64,000 nucleotides of DNA from an uncultured Nitrososphaerota archaeon (GTDB lineage Archaea; Thermoproteota; Nitrososphaeria; Conexivisphaerales; DTJL01): positions 96,001-160,000 of the forward strand of contig CAWJIE010000004.1 of the NCBI GenBank assembly GCA_963842885.1, given 5' to 3'. How positions within the stretch are numbered: the first letter of the stretch is position 1; each line of letters begins with the position of its first letter. The position numbers and the translations under genes were made by a program. Below, in pieces: positions 7,947 through 17,806 of the stretch. The notes beneath the pieces were generated by a model. That model searched no databases, was not told the DNA's origin, and worked only from the letters and a program-made list of their open reading frames with translations.

Positions 7947-10103
7947 TCACGGATTTATCTTGTATATCAGCACCTGCGCGAAGAAGCCGGATGAGTCGGG
8001 CGTGCCAGCCGACTTGAACACCAGCTCGAACGGATGGGCTCCTGCGGGATACGTAATATTGTAAGTGTAGAAGGGCAACTGAATGATGGTCGAACCTGCG
8101 GTCGTGACGTAGGTGGGCGATATCGTGTTAATCGAGCCGGTGGTACTGTCGATCTGGGCATACCCGTCGAAGGCGAAGGGCAGGAGCTCGCCCATGAGCG
8201 TGGAGTTCCAGAAGGTGTAGGTGGGCATCTCCGTGTAGGGATCGAGGAAAGGCGTGAGAGATACGCCAGCAATGTTGGCCATCTGGTCGAACTTGCCGTC
8301 ATCTCCGCCAAGAGAATACACCCTGCCCAGGACGTCGTAGCCATTGCCGAGGTTGCGACCGGTGGCGAACACGACGATGTAATCGCCCCCGATGTCTTCG
8401 GCGATCTTCAGTGCGTCCGTGCTGTTGGACATGTACATAGAGCCGACCTGGGCTATCCTGGTCGTGTTGAGGGTACCGTTGTCAACGAACGTCGTGCGGT
8501 TGCCCATGACCGTTATCCAGTATCCGTAGTCCCACCACGAGATGATCTTGGCGTTGGCGGGGGTGTTCGTGCTGATCCAGGTCAACGCCTGCTGCCAGTC
8601 CGGGATGTCCTCGCGGCTGAGCAGGGTGCCAGAAGAGGAGATTTGCATGGCCCTGTCGGTCACTGGCTGCCACACCTCGACGGCGGCGAAGAACAGCAGG
8701 AAGATCATGGCGAACGCGAAGATGGCCTTCTTGGCGTTAATCGTGGGGTCTGGAGCCTTCTTCTTGGGGTCGGACTTCATCGCGATGTACCTTGAGGCCA
8801 GCTCGCTGAAGACCGCCCCCGCCGCCACGGCAGCCATTATGGAGAGGTAGACCTGCAGCCTCGCGAACGAAGATGCGACGTAAAGGGAGGAAAGGAACGC
8901 CAGGACGGCGAGGATCGAACCGGCGGTTCTCTTCTTGAGCAAGAGGTACCCTCCGAAGAGGGCAAGGATGAGGACTATGGAGTAAGAATCCAAGAGCTCG
9001 ACGCCGCTGGTCGACTGGTGCTCCGCCACGGACGAGACTATGGCGGCGTTCGCCCCGACGGTCCTGTAGAATGGGTCGATGACGGAAAGGTACCGGGCTG
9101 AAATGGTGTTAGGAAGAAGGAGGAAGACGACTATCGCCAGGACGCCCATTCCTACAAGCGTGCCCCACTTGCCGATCACCTTGTTCCTGTCGGGGAGCCT
9201 TCTGCCCACGTAGGTAATCAGGAGCCCACCAACGAGGCCGAGCTCAAAAACAAGCATGGAGGCGCTCCTGTACCAGTCGATGCCGGGGTTGGGGAAGGCA
9301 GACCCTACGATGATGTCGAAGATCAGGATTATGAAGCCGGAGTAGGACTTCCTGTAGTCCACCGAGGTAAGCAGTGGGACCACCAGGAACATCAGGCCGA
9401 AGAGTCCGTTGAAGTACTCGCCTCCGCCCCAGCAGACGTTGGTGTAGCCCAGGACGAGGCCCGCCAGGATGGAGTACATCCACATCTTCCTGAAAGAGGG
9501 GGACTCGTAGGCCACCAGCCCGAGATAGAGGGCCGTGACACCTAGGAAGAGCGCTAAGGGCTCGTGCTTGTACCAGCCGATGCTGGACCTGAGGAGGAAG
9601 CCTGGAGTAAGGACGGTGAACAGCGCCGCCGCGATGCCCGTCCCCGTCCCCCTAATCTTCCTTCCAAGCAGGAAGACGGGGATGATTATCAACGCACCAA
9701 AGTAAGCTGGCTGAATGACCGTATAATCGAAGAGGGAGATGCTGATGCCCAGAACCTTGGTGAAGAAGAGGTAAAGGAAGGCCGTCGTGTAGTAGAAGCC
9801 GGCGAAGGTCTCGGCGGCCATGTTGTACCCGACGGGATACCAGAAGTGGGTGTCGACGACGCTGAAGAAACTGAAGAGGCCGCCCAGCCCCTTCGTGGAG
9901 ATGTCGTTCACCACGATGTTGGTGCAGTAGTAGTGGAAGTAGGAGTCGAACTCGTCGAGCGTGTATCCGTACTGAGCAGGCGCCAGCCTGTAGAGGAGGG
10001 CGATGGCGAAGGTGAGAGCCATGGCCAGGAAAGCCGCCATCTTGGTAGCCTTGATGGTGGGCCTGTGAATCAGTGAGCGGATGCTCCCCAGAGGATTATC
10101 CAA
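7947..10103 (-). CDS. aglB: Oligosaccharyltransferase AglB (STT3 family)
   Basis: EFDSYFHY, SVAEHQ, WWDYGY, DNGT and DGKF motifs; multi-TM N-terminus. Confidence 0.96.
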   Translation of the reverse strand: MDNPLGSIRSLIHRPTIKATKMAAFLAMALTFAIALLYRLAPAQYGYTLDEFDSYFHYYCTNIVVNDISTKGLGGLFSFFSVVDTHFWYPVGYNMAAETFAGFYYTTAFLYLFFTKVLGISISLFDYTVIQPAYFGALIIIPVFLLGRKIRGTGTGIAAALFTVLTPGFLLRSSIGWYKHEPLALFLGVTALYLGLVAYESPSFRKMWMYSILAGLVLGYTNVCWGGGEYFNGLFGLMFLVVPLLTSVDYRKSYSGFIILIFDIIVGSAFPNPGIDWYRSASMLVFELGLVGGLLITYVGRRLPDRNKVIGKWGTLVGMGVLAIVVFLLLPNTISARYLSVIDPFYRTVGANAAIVSSVAEHQSTSGVELLDSYSIVLILALFGGYLLLKKRTAGSILAVLAFLSSLYVASSFARLQVYLSIMAAVAAGAVFSELASRYIAMKSDPKKKAPDPTINAKKAIFAFAMIFLLFFAAVEVWQPVTDRAMQISSSGTLLSREDIPDWQQALTWISTNTPANAKIISWWDYGYWITVMGNRTTFVDNGTLNTTRIAQVGSMYMSNSTDALKIAEDIGGDYIVVFATGRNLGNGYDVLGRVYSLGGDDGKFDQMANIAGVSLTPFLDPYTEMPTYTFWNSTLMGELLPFAFDGYAQIDSTTGSINTISPTYVTTAGSTIIQLPFYTYNITYPAGAHPFELVFKSAGTPDSSGFFAQVLIYKINP

Positions 10104-10141
10104 ATTCGGCTTCTCCTCCCCTAGTCTGAGCGTAGGTAATA

Positions 10142-10561
10142 TTAACCTTCTTGAGCCGCCAGCTGCTCCACGAGCTTCGCGTAGTCGGCGGGGGTCATGA
10201 GCCCCGCCTTCTCAGAATCGAAGGCGCTGGCTTCGATTCTGAAGAACCACCCTCTGCCGTAGGGATCCTGGTTGATCGTCTCAGGGTGCTGAGCCAGATC
10301 TTCGTTGACGGCAGTCACCTTCCCGCCGACGGGAGCCATCACGTCGGAGACGGATTTCACGGACTCCACGGTGGAGGCCGCCCTTCCGCCTTCGAGCCCC
10401 GTCCCGATGGAGGGAAGCGTGACAAACACAATGTCATGAAGCATCTCTGCAGCGTAGTGGGTTATGCCCACCTCCGCCTGATTGTCGCCGATGATCCTCA
10501 GCCATTCATGACCCTTAGTGTAAAGGAGATCCTCCGGGATGTCGTACTTCCCAACCTTCAA
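10142..10561 (-). CDS. gcvH: Glycine cleavage system H protein
   Basis: HEW, VESVKSVSDV lipoyl-lysine motif, INQDPYGRGW. Confidence 0.96.
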   Translation of the reverse strand: MKVGKYDIPEDLLYTKGHEWLRIIGDNQAEVGITHYAAEMLHDIVFVTLPSIGTGLEGGRAASTVESVKSVSDVMAPVGGKVTAVNEDLAQHPETINQDPYGRGWFFRIEASAFDSEKAGLMTPADYAKLVEQLAAQEG

Positions 10562-11685
10562 ACGGCCTTCCTCCTCCAGCCGTACAACTCCGTATCATAA
10601 AACGGAGGGGGGTGTATTTCAGCTTTGCATCTCGTTCCGCGCACATCCACAGAGAGTTCCGAACCGGCCTGCACCGAGCTCGCGACGTAGGCCAAGGCGA
10701 TGCCCCTCCTGACCAGAGGGGAGAAGGTCCCACTGGTCACAAAGCCGACGTCCTCGCTGCCGTGAAGGACGCGATAGTGACTGCGAGGTATGGCGTTGTC
10801 GACGCACATCAGACCCTTCAAGGTCTTCTCCGTCCCGCCGCTGAGCTGTCGTGAATGGGTCTCTTTTCCAAGATAGTCGTTCTTCTGGACGTCGATGAAT
10901 CTGGTGAGGCCGGCTTCGACCGGGGTCGTGTCCGCCGTCAGGTCGTTTCCGTAGAGGGGCAAGCCGGCCTCCAGCCGGAGGGTATCCCTGGCGCCAAGTC
11001 CACACGGTTTCGCTTCAAATGCCTTGGCCTTCCCCATCAGCTTCCTCCACATGAGGGCTGCCTCCACCGGGCGGTCCACCGTTACACCTCTCAGCATGAG
11101 CTCGAAGCCGTCCTCTCCCGTGTATCCCGTCCTCGATGCAATCAGCTCCAATCCCTCGAAGCTGAAGGAGGAGAATCGGAACCTCTTGACCCCAGAAAGG
11201 TCCAAGGAGAGCGCTCCTTTGACCAGCTCGGCGGCCCTAGGACCCTGGACCGAGATCAGGGACGACTCCGAAGTCAAGTCGGTCAGTGCGACGTCATATC
11301 GCTTTGACCACGTGACCAGCCATTCGAAGTCCTTAAGGTGATTCGACGCGTTGACGACCATTAGGAACTTCTCCGGAGAAACCTTGTACGTTATGAGGTC
11401 GTCGATCACTCCGCCGTTCTCGTAGCACATGAAGGTATACTGTGCCCTTCCCGGCTCCGCCTTAGCCACATCCACGGTCACCATCTTGTTGAGAAACGCC
11501 TGGGCATCCCTGCCCTCCACGAGGAAGCGACCCATATGAGAAACGTCGAAGAAACCCGCACCGTTCCTTACGGCCAGATGCTCAGCGATTATGGAGTCGA
11601 AGAGGAGGGGAAGATCGTAGCCTGCAAACTCGGTCATCTTTGCGTAGGGCTTGTATTCCTCGAAGAGCTGTGTCTTGGAAGCCAA
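10558..11685 (-). CDS. gcvT: Glycine cleavage system T protein (aminomethyltransferase)
   Basis: FDVSHMG, SRTGYTGEDGFE, GLGARDTLRLEAG, VTSGTFSP. Confidence 0.96.
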   Translation of the reverse strand: MASKTQLFEEYKPYAKMTEFAGYDLPLLFDSIIAEHLAVRNGAGFFDVSHMGRFLVEGRDAQAFLNKMVTVDVAKAEPGRAQYTFMCYENGGVIDDLITYKVSPEKFLMVVNASNHLKDFEWLVTWSKRYDVALTDLTSESSLISVQGPRAAELVKGALSLDLSGVKRFRFSSFSFEGLELIASRTGYTGEDGFELMLRGVTVDRPVEAALMWRKLMGKAKAFEAKPCGLGARDTLRLEAGLPLYGNDLTADTTPVEAGLTRFIDVQKNDYLGKETHSRQLSGGTEKTLKGLMCVDNAIPRSHYRVLHGSEDVGFVTSGTFSPLVRRGIALAYVASSVQAGSELSVDVRGTRCKAEIHPPPFYDTELYGWRRKAV

Positions 11686-11749
11686 ACAGACTCGTGGCGA
11701 GCTACCTCAGCAGACGTTATAAGGATAGCCCGACGGGAATCACCTCGGA

Positions 11750-12535
11750 ATGGGCACTGAAGTGGTGAAACTCATCGCCGTTATGTCAAGAACGAAGAGG
11801 AGGCCTTTCGAGCTGATGGAGGAGCTCAACAGGAGTCTTGAAGCGAACGGTCTGCAGCTGGCCGACGGCGATGTTCTCCTTATTTCGGGCAAGTACCTTG
11901 CAATGGCCGAGGGCCGGTTTGTCGACCTCGACAAGGTCGTGCCCTTTGACGACGCGCGGGAATACGCCTCTAGGTTCGGCATGAGCAGCGGGCTTGCGGA
12001 GACGGTGTTGAGGGAGTCGGACTTCGTGCTACGCGGCCTTCAAGGCTTCCTCCTGACGATAAAGGATGGCTTCTTCGCACCGAACGCGGGAGTTGACAAG
12101 TCCAACATACCAAAGGGAGAGGCCATCCTTCACCCGTCCTACAGCTCACAGCTGGCCGCCAGGATCAGGAGGGAGGTTCTGGTGGCCTTTGGCGTGCGGG
12201 TGGGTGTAGTCATCACGGATAGCAGGCTGCAGCCTCTTAGGAGAGGGACGGTAGGGATATCGATTGGGTTCTCTGGCTTCGACGCGGTGGTGGATGACAG
12301 GGGGAGAAAGGACCTCTTCGGGAACAGGCTCAAGGTGACGCGCAGGGCCGTGGCTGACGATCTCGCATGCGCCGCAGAGTTGCTCATGGGGGAGTCCGAC
12401 GAGGGCGTGCCCGTAGTGATCGCCCGGTCGACTGGCCTTCACCTCTCTGACACAGACAGCTACGACATCTCGGTTCCCCCTGACGAATGCATCTTCGTCA
12501 GAGGCCTCTCCGACCACTGGAAACCCAGGGCCTAG
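11750..12535 (+). CDS. cofE: Coenzyme F420-0:L-glutamate ligase
   Basis: PNAGVDKSN, GVVITDS..PLRRGTVG, DLFGNRLKVT, MGESDEGVPVV. Confidence 0.9.
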   Translation: MGTEVVKLIAVMSRTKRRPFELMEELNRSLEANGLQLADGDVLLISGKYLAMAEGRFVDLDKVVPFDDAREYASRFGMSSGLAETVLRESDFVLRGLQGFLLTIKDGFFAPNAGVDKSNIPKGEAILHPSYSSQLAARIRREVLVAFGVRVGVVITDSRLQPLRRGTVGISIGFSGFDAVVDDRGRKDLFGNRLKVTRRAVADDLACAAELLMGESDEGVPVVIARSTGLHLSDTDSYDISVPPDECIFVRGLSDHWKPRA

Positions 12536-12559
12536 TGCGGGGCCTGACTGGCCCCGACG

Positions 12560-12687
12560 CCGCGCTTGAACCTGAGAAGGTCGAGTTCACTTCGACGAAG
12601 TTGAGGACCCTGGAGAAGGCCCTTCAACCTGTCCGCAGTCGGTATGGGGAAATACTGCCGGCCCCCCGTTCCGATCCTGAACTCCAC
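12560..12687 (-). pseudogene. Truncated second DUF72 gene (N-terminal remnant)
   Basis: GTG start gives VEFRIGTGG.QYFP..DRLK, then after a 1-nt shift AFSRVLNFVEVNSTF (DUF72 signature); similarity then stops. Confidence 0.65.
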
Positions 12688-12724
12688 GACATGTTAAGTA
12701 ACCTCTCAGGGCATACAACGGGCG

Positions 12725-13544
12725 TTGCCTCTTCGGATGGGCACCTGCGGGTGGAGCTACGACGAATGGCTTGGGGTCTTCTATCCTAGCAAGGACACGC
12801 CGAAGCTCTCCTTCTACTCCAAGGTCTTCAAGACGGTAGAAGTGGACAGCACTTTCTACGATTACCCCAAAGAAAAGGTCGTCTTCGGGTGGTCCAAGTA
12901 CAGCCCCCTGGACTTCCAGTTCAGCCTCAAAATCCCCCAGCTTGATCACACACAAGAAACGACTCAGCCTCAGCCTGGGCGTTGAGAAGGACTTGGAAAG
13001 GTTCCTGGAACTCCTCAAGCCGCTTTCTGTCTTGAACAGGATCGGCGTCCTCCTGGTCCAGCTCCCGCCGAGCCTCACATCTGACCTGGACCTCCTGGAG
13101 TCATTCATCAAGGTCCTGCCTTCCGACGTGTTCAAGTTCGCTATAGAGTTCAGGCACGAATCATGGTGGAACGATGACACCTGGAGGTTGCTGAAGAAGT
13201 ACAGGGTCGCCAACACAGCCGTGGACGAACCCCTCCTTCCTCCTGACATCGTCCCGACGGCCGACTTCACATATGTCAGATGGCATGGGCTGGGCAAGCG
13301 CGTCTGGTACGACTACCGGTATTCGAAGGAGGAGGTATCGCAATGGGTGCCGAAGCTCAAGGAAGCCCTCTCCAAGTCCAAGGAGGTCTATGGGTATTGG
13401 AACAACCACTTCCATGGGTACGCTGTCCTCAACAGCCTGGAGACGTTGGGGCTCATGGGGATGCTGACCGACGAGCAGAAAGTGGTGCTGAAATCCGTCA
13501 CGGCGCAGGTGGACCACAAGCAGAAGGGGCTTCTGGACTTCTGA
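12725..13544 (+). CDS. DUF72 family protein (frameshift near 12940)
   Basis: GTCGWSY, VEVDSTFY, ITH, QLPPS, EFRHESW, YVRWHG, YWNNH; C-terminal QKGLLDF. Confidence 0.92.
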
Positions 13545-13589
13545 ACCGAGCCACGACCAGCGCGGATGTCTCATTAGCCATGGCTGGCG

Positions 13590-15302
13590 ATGAACACCCA
13601 AAGAATTATATCGTCGTTTCTCGGCGATTCAGATTCGTACCGGAAGGCCTCGCGTTTGACAAGGTGGATAGTCGGCTCGGCTTGGCCGTACATCAACGGG
13701 ACACCTCATCTAGGGACCTTCATGCATCTGCTATCCGCCGACGTCTATTCTCGCTATCTCAGGCTCAAAGGGGACGAAGTGGTCTCCGTTTCGGGCTCCG
13801 ATGAGCATGGGACGCCGATCGAGGTGGAGGCGACGAAGCTGGGCATCAGTCCGAAGGTGCTGACGGACAGGAACCATGCTGCCATCGTAGGGCTCCTCAA
13901 GCAGTATATGGTAGAGCTCGACAACTATACTAGGACCGAGTCGCCGGTTCACGTCAAGTTCTCCCAGGACTTCTATCTGAAGCTCTACCGTAATGGCTAC
14001 GTCTTCACCGAGTCCGTTCCCCTCCCTTACTGTCCCAGGGACGAGCGCTTCCTTCCTGACAGGTTCATCGAGGGCGTCTGCCCCTTCTGCGGCTTCGACG
14101 GCGCCAGGGGAGACCAATGCGACAACTGCGGCCACCTGCTCGAGCCCATAGAACTGAAGAGCCCGAGGTGCGTCATCTGTGGCGCGTCTCCCGTGATAAG
14201 GGATTCCGAGCATTGGATCTTCGACCTTCCGAAGCTGAGCGGACGGCTGAGGTCGTACATCGACTCGTGCCCTCAGTTTCCCGAGAACGCCAGGAACTTC
14301 TCCCACCGATGGCTCGAAGAGGGGCTGAGGCCCAGGCCGCTGACGAGAGACAACAAGTGGGGCATTCCTGCGCCCTTCCCTGGTTCCGAAGGGAAGACCA
14401 TCTATGTATGGATGGAGGCTGTGCTGGGCTACGTCTCTGCCACCAAGGAGTGGGCCGAGCGCGTTGGGGATGAGGAGGCCTTCGCCAGGTTCTGGAAGAG
14501 CAGTGACACTAAGACGGTCATATTCATGGGGAAGGATAACATCCCATTCCATACCATCATCTTTCCGGCCCTTCTGATGGCCGCGGAGGATGGCTATGTG
14601 CTTCCTTGGCAGGTGTCATCCACCGAGTTCATCCTCTTCGAGGGACAGAAGTTCTCGAAGAGCAAGAACGTCGGCATCTGGATGGACGACGCCGCCAAGA
14701 TCGCCGACCCGGAGTACTGGCGCTTCGTCCTCATGGCCATAAGGCCTCAGGGCAAGGACGCCAACTTCGGCTGGTCGGAGCTGGATAGGATCGTCAACAG
14801 CGACCTGAACGACGTGGTCGGCAACTACGTCCACAGGACCCTCACCTTCGTGAAGAGCAACTTCAGCTCTGCCGTTCCGGAGGCGGGACCTCTGGGGGAC
14901 GAAGAGAGGGCGCTGCTGGATTTCGCGAGGGAATCTGCGTCCGAATACGTCCGGCTCATGGACGCTTTCGATATCAAGGAGGCCCTGAAGCGGGTCGTGG
15001 ACCTCGCCAGGAAGGGCAACGAGTTCATCAGCGTCAGGGAGCCGTGGTCGCAGATCAAGAAGGACCGCGTCGCAGCCGCGACGACACTCTATGTGGCGTC
15101 TCAGGTCGTATACAGCATCGCTCTGATGCTCTACCCATTTATGCCAAGGTCATCGTCTCAATTGTGCGGCATGCTGGGCCTCCCTGAGGACCCTCTGAAG
15201 GTGGGCCTCAGCAAGCTGGGAACGGCCGCGCTTGAGCCAGGCCACAGGCTCAACCCACCTAGGCCGTTATTCGCCAAGATCAAGGTCCCGACGGGGAGCT
15301 GA
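13590..15302 (+). CDS. metG: Methionine--tRNA ligase
   Basis: AWPYING.PHLG, GSDEHG, Zn knuckles, YVWMEA, KFSKS. Confidence 0.97.
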   Translation: MNTQRIISSFLGDSDSYRKASRLTRWIVGSAWPYINGTPHLGTFMHLLSADVYSRYLRLKGDEVVSVSGSDEHGTPIEVEATKLGISPKVLTDRNHAAIVGLLKQYMVELDNYTRTESPVHVKFSQDFYLKLYRNGYVFTESVPLPYCPRDERFLPDRFIEGVCPFCGFDGARGDQCDNCGHLLEPIELKSPRCVICGASPVIRDSEHWIFDLPKLSGRLRSYIDSCPQFPENARNFSHRWLEEGLRPRPLTRDNKWGIPAPFPGSEGKTIYVWMEAVLGYVSATKEWAERVGDEEAFARFWKSSDTKTVIFMGKDNIPFHTIIFPALLMAAEDGYVLPWQVSSTEFILFEGQKFSKSKNVGIWMDDAAKIADPEYWRFVLMAIRPQGKDANFGWSELDRIVNSDLNDVVGNYVHRTLTFVKSNFSSAVPEAGPLGDEERALLDFARESASEYVRLMDAFDIKEALKRVVDLARKGNEFISVREPWSQIKKDRVAAATTLYVASQVVYSIALMLYPFMPRSSSQLCGMLGLPEDPLKVGLSKLGTAALEPGHRLNPPRPLFAKIKVPTGS

Positions 15303-15347
15303 CATTCCAGATACCTTTTTTAGAAGCTGGGCAGAAATCGACCTCTC

Positions 15348-16286
15348 ATGTCAGAGAAATTGCATCTCCCAATCCTAGTGATGGGGAGTGGCCCTGCTGG
15401 CCTTACGGCCGCCATCTATGCGGCCCGGGCAGGGTATGTGCCGGTTGTGATAGGAGGGTATGAGTTCGGTGGGCAGCTCATGCTGACGACTATCGTGGAG
15501 AATTTCACGGGATTCCCGGAAGGCGTCCAAGGGCCGGACCTCATGGCCAGCATGAGGAAACAGGCAGAGAAGGTTGGAGCCAAGATCGTGGACCGTAACG
15601 TGACCAAGGTGGACTTCTCTGTGAAGCCGTTCAGGGTCTTCGTGGAGGAGATCGAGTACACCGCTGACTCGGTGATTCTGGCCACCGGCGCCTCTGCCAA
15701 ATGGCTTGGGTTGGGATCGGAGAACAGGTTCAAGGGGAGGGGCGTCTCTTCCTGTGCAGTCTGCGACGGTTTCTTCTTCAAGGGTCAAGAGCTGGTCGTC
15801 GTGGGTGGGGGAGACACGGCTATGGAGGACGCCCTTTACCTGTCGAAGATTGCCAGTGGCGTGACGGTCATCCACAGAAGGGGCAAGTTGAGGGCTTCGG
15901 AGATAATGCAGCGGAGGGCTTTCGCCGAGCCGAAGATTCGATTCGTCTGGGACAGCGTCGTAGAGGAGGTCTTGGGCGACAGGAAGGTGGAAGGGGTCAG
16001 GGTGAAGAACCTGAAGACGGGAGAGGTCAGCACCTTGAAGTGCGGGGGCGTGTTCGTCTCCATCGGCCATCAGCCCAACACGGAGCTCTTCCGTGGCTTC
16101 ATCGATTTGGACAAGACTGGCTATGTAATCACAAAGGATGAGACGAGGTCCAGCATGGAGGGTGTCTTCGTCGCAGGGGACGTCGCCGACAAGGTGTACC
16201 GGCAGGCGATTACGGCGGCAGGGTCGGGGTGTAAGGCTGCACTTGACGCGGTGCGCTACCTCGAAGCCTTGAAGGAGCATCAGTAG
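15348..16286 (+). CDS. trxB: Thioredoxin reductase
   Basis: GSGPAG, CAVCDG, GGGDTAME, YRQAITAAG. Confidence 0.97.
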   Translation: MSEKLHLPILVMGSGPAGLTAAIYAARAGYVPVVIGGYEFGGQLMLTTIVENFTGFPEGVQGPDLMASMRKQAEKVGAKIVDRNVTKVDFSVKPFRVFVEEIEYTADSVILATGASAKWLGLGSENRFKGRGVSSCAVCDGFFFKGQELVVVGGGDTAMEDALYLSKIASGVTVIHRRGKLRASEIMQRRAFAEPKIRFVWDSVVEEVLGDRKVEGVRVKNLKTGEVSTLKCGGVFVSIGHQPNTELFRGFIDLDKTGYVITKDETRSSMEGVFVAGDVADKVYRQAITAAGSGCKAALDAVRYLEALKEHQ

Positions 16287-17408
16287 AAGCTCGAAAGGTC
16301 TGTCTGTCCAGCCGTGCTCTTGAGCGAAGCCACCCTGACGCTGAGCCGTCGGGCGACGATCCCGGGTTCGTCTTCGAAGAGCTCGTCAACCAGCTGCATT
16401 CCCACCCGGACGATGGAGTCGACGTTCCTCTCCTCGCTCTTCAGAGAGCGGCTCCTGCTGTGCCCCTTGAGAATCGTGTCGATGACGAGCACTCCCACGC
16501 TCCTGTAGGAAAGCCTTGCGGCGGCGAGCTCCTGGGCTATCTCCCTGGCCATGCCTTCGAGGGACTGCGAAATCATGCCGGGATCACGGGTGTCCTCCTT
16601 CAAGGTGACCATCCGTCCGACCTGCTCCCTCTTCCAGTCGGTCAAGGGTTCATCGTCGGTGCCCTTCGAAGCCAGATAGAAGTAGAGGCCGAGCCTGCGC
16701 CCGAACTCCTCCTGCAGCTGCATTGACGACAGCTGAGACATCTCTACGATGGTCCTCGCTCCCATCGCCTCGAGCTTGTCCGCGGTCTTCTTGCCCACGC
16801 CATAGAGTTTGTCCACTGGAAGCGGGCCGAAGTGTTCGAGGAACTCGCCCTCCCTGACGACGAGCAGCCCGTTGGGCTTCGATTTGTCGCAGGCCATCTT
16901 CGCCGTCAGCTTGTTGGGGCCCACACCGACGCTGCAGGTGAGGCCCGTGCTGGCCAGGACCGCCTCCTTGACCCTGCCTGCCAAGGCGGCGGCTTCCTCG
17001 TAGCTGCCGTGGGCCTTGAGGCTGACGTCGAGATACGCCTCGTCTATGCTCTCGGGCGAAATCCGATCTGACATTTCTTCGAGGAGGGCCATCACCTTGT
17101 TCGAAACGCTCTCGTAGAAACCGAAATCAGGGGGGAGGAAAGCGGCATGTACGACCCTTGAGCAGCTCCTTGGCCCTGAAGATGGGGATCCCCGACCTTA
17201 CACCGTAGCCCCTGGCGACGTAGTTGCATGTGGCCACGGCACCGCTCTCTTCAGTTCTTCCCGAGAACATGCACACCACCACAGGCTTGGCCTTGAGAGA
17301 GGGGTCCCTTGTCTCTTCGCACTGTGCGTAGAAGTAGTCCATGTCGACGGCGATTATGATCTTCCTGGCCCCGACTGCGGGTCCCGCTGACAATCCTGAT
17401 TGCGTCAT
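16280..17408 (-). CDS. dinB: Y-family DNA polymerase IV (Dpo4/DinB), frameshift at a C-run near 17130
   Basis: [39 protein letters not shown]-terminal PIP box QTDLSSFY. Confidence 0.95.
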
Positions 17409-17485
17409 AATGCGACTGGGTATTATAACGTTGGAGGTTCGAGTCGGTAGACTAAATAACTTCGCAAGTGAATCTCTGGCTCGCC

Positions 17486-17573
17486 GCGGGGGTCGCCCAG
17501 CCTGGCCAACGGCGTCGGGCTTAGGACCCGATCTCGTAGGAGTTCGTGGGTTCGAATCCCACCCCCCGCACCA
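17486..17573 (+). tRNA. tRNA-Leu(TAG), encoded CCA, no intron
   Basis: GCGGGGG/CCCCCGC acceptor stem, TCGGG-CTTAGGA-CCCGA anticodon arm, long variable arm, GGTTCGAATCC. Confidence 0.96.
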
Positions 17574-17806
17574 AGGCCAACGCGACTAGGCCAGCTCGTC
17601 CCTGTCGCGTCCGGTTGACCATTGGCAGCGGCCTCCATCCCCAAGGCTGATGCCGTCAAAGTCCCTAGGGCTGGACACTTCTCGCACATGGAGAACAAAT
17701 CCACGTTCAACGAATCGGTTTTGGCCTTCCTTTCGAAGTAAAACAGGGACACCATAGAGCTCCGTCTAGTGCTGGCACCAACGCGACGCTGGTCTGCAAG
17801 AAGAAC

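Noticed and set aside
17574-17800. Integrated element or CDS downstream of tRNA-Leu
   Set aside because: No duplicated tRNA 3' end or integrase seen; the minus-strand ORF runs through the tRNA and has no recognisable motif.
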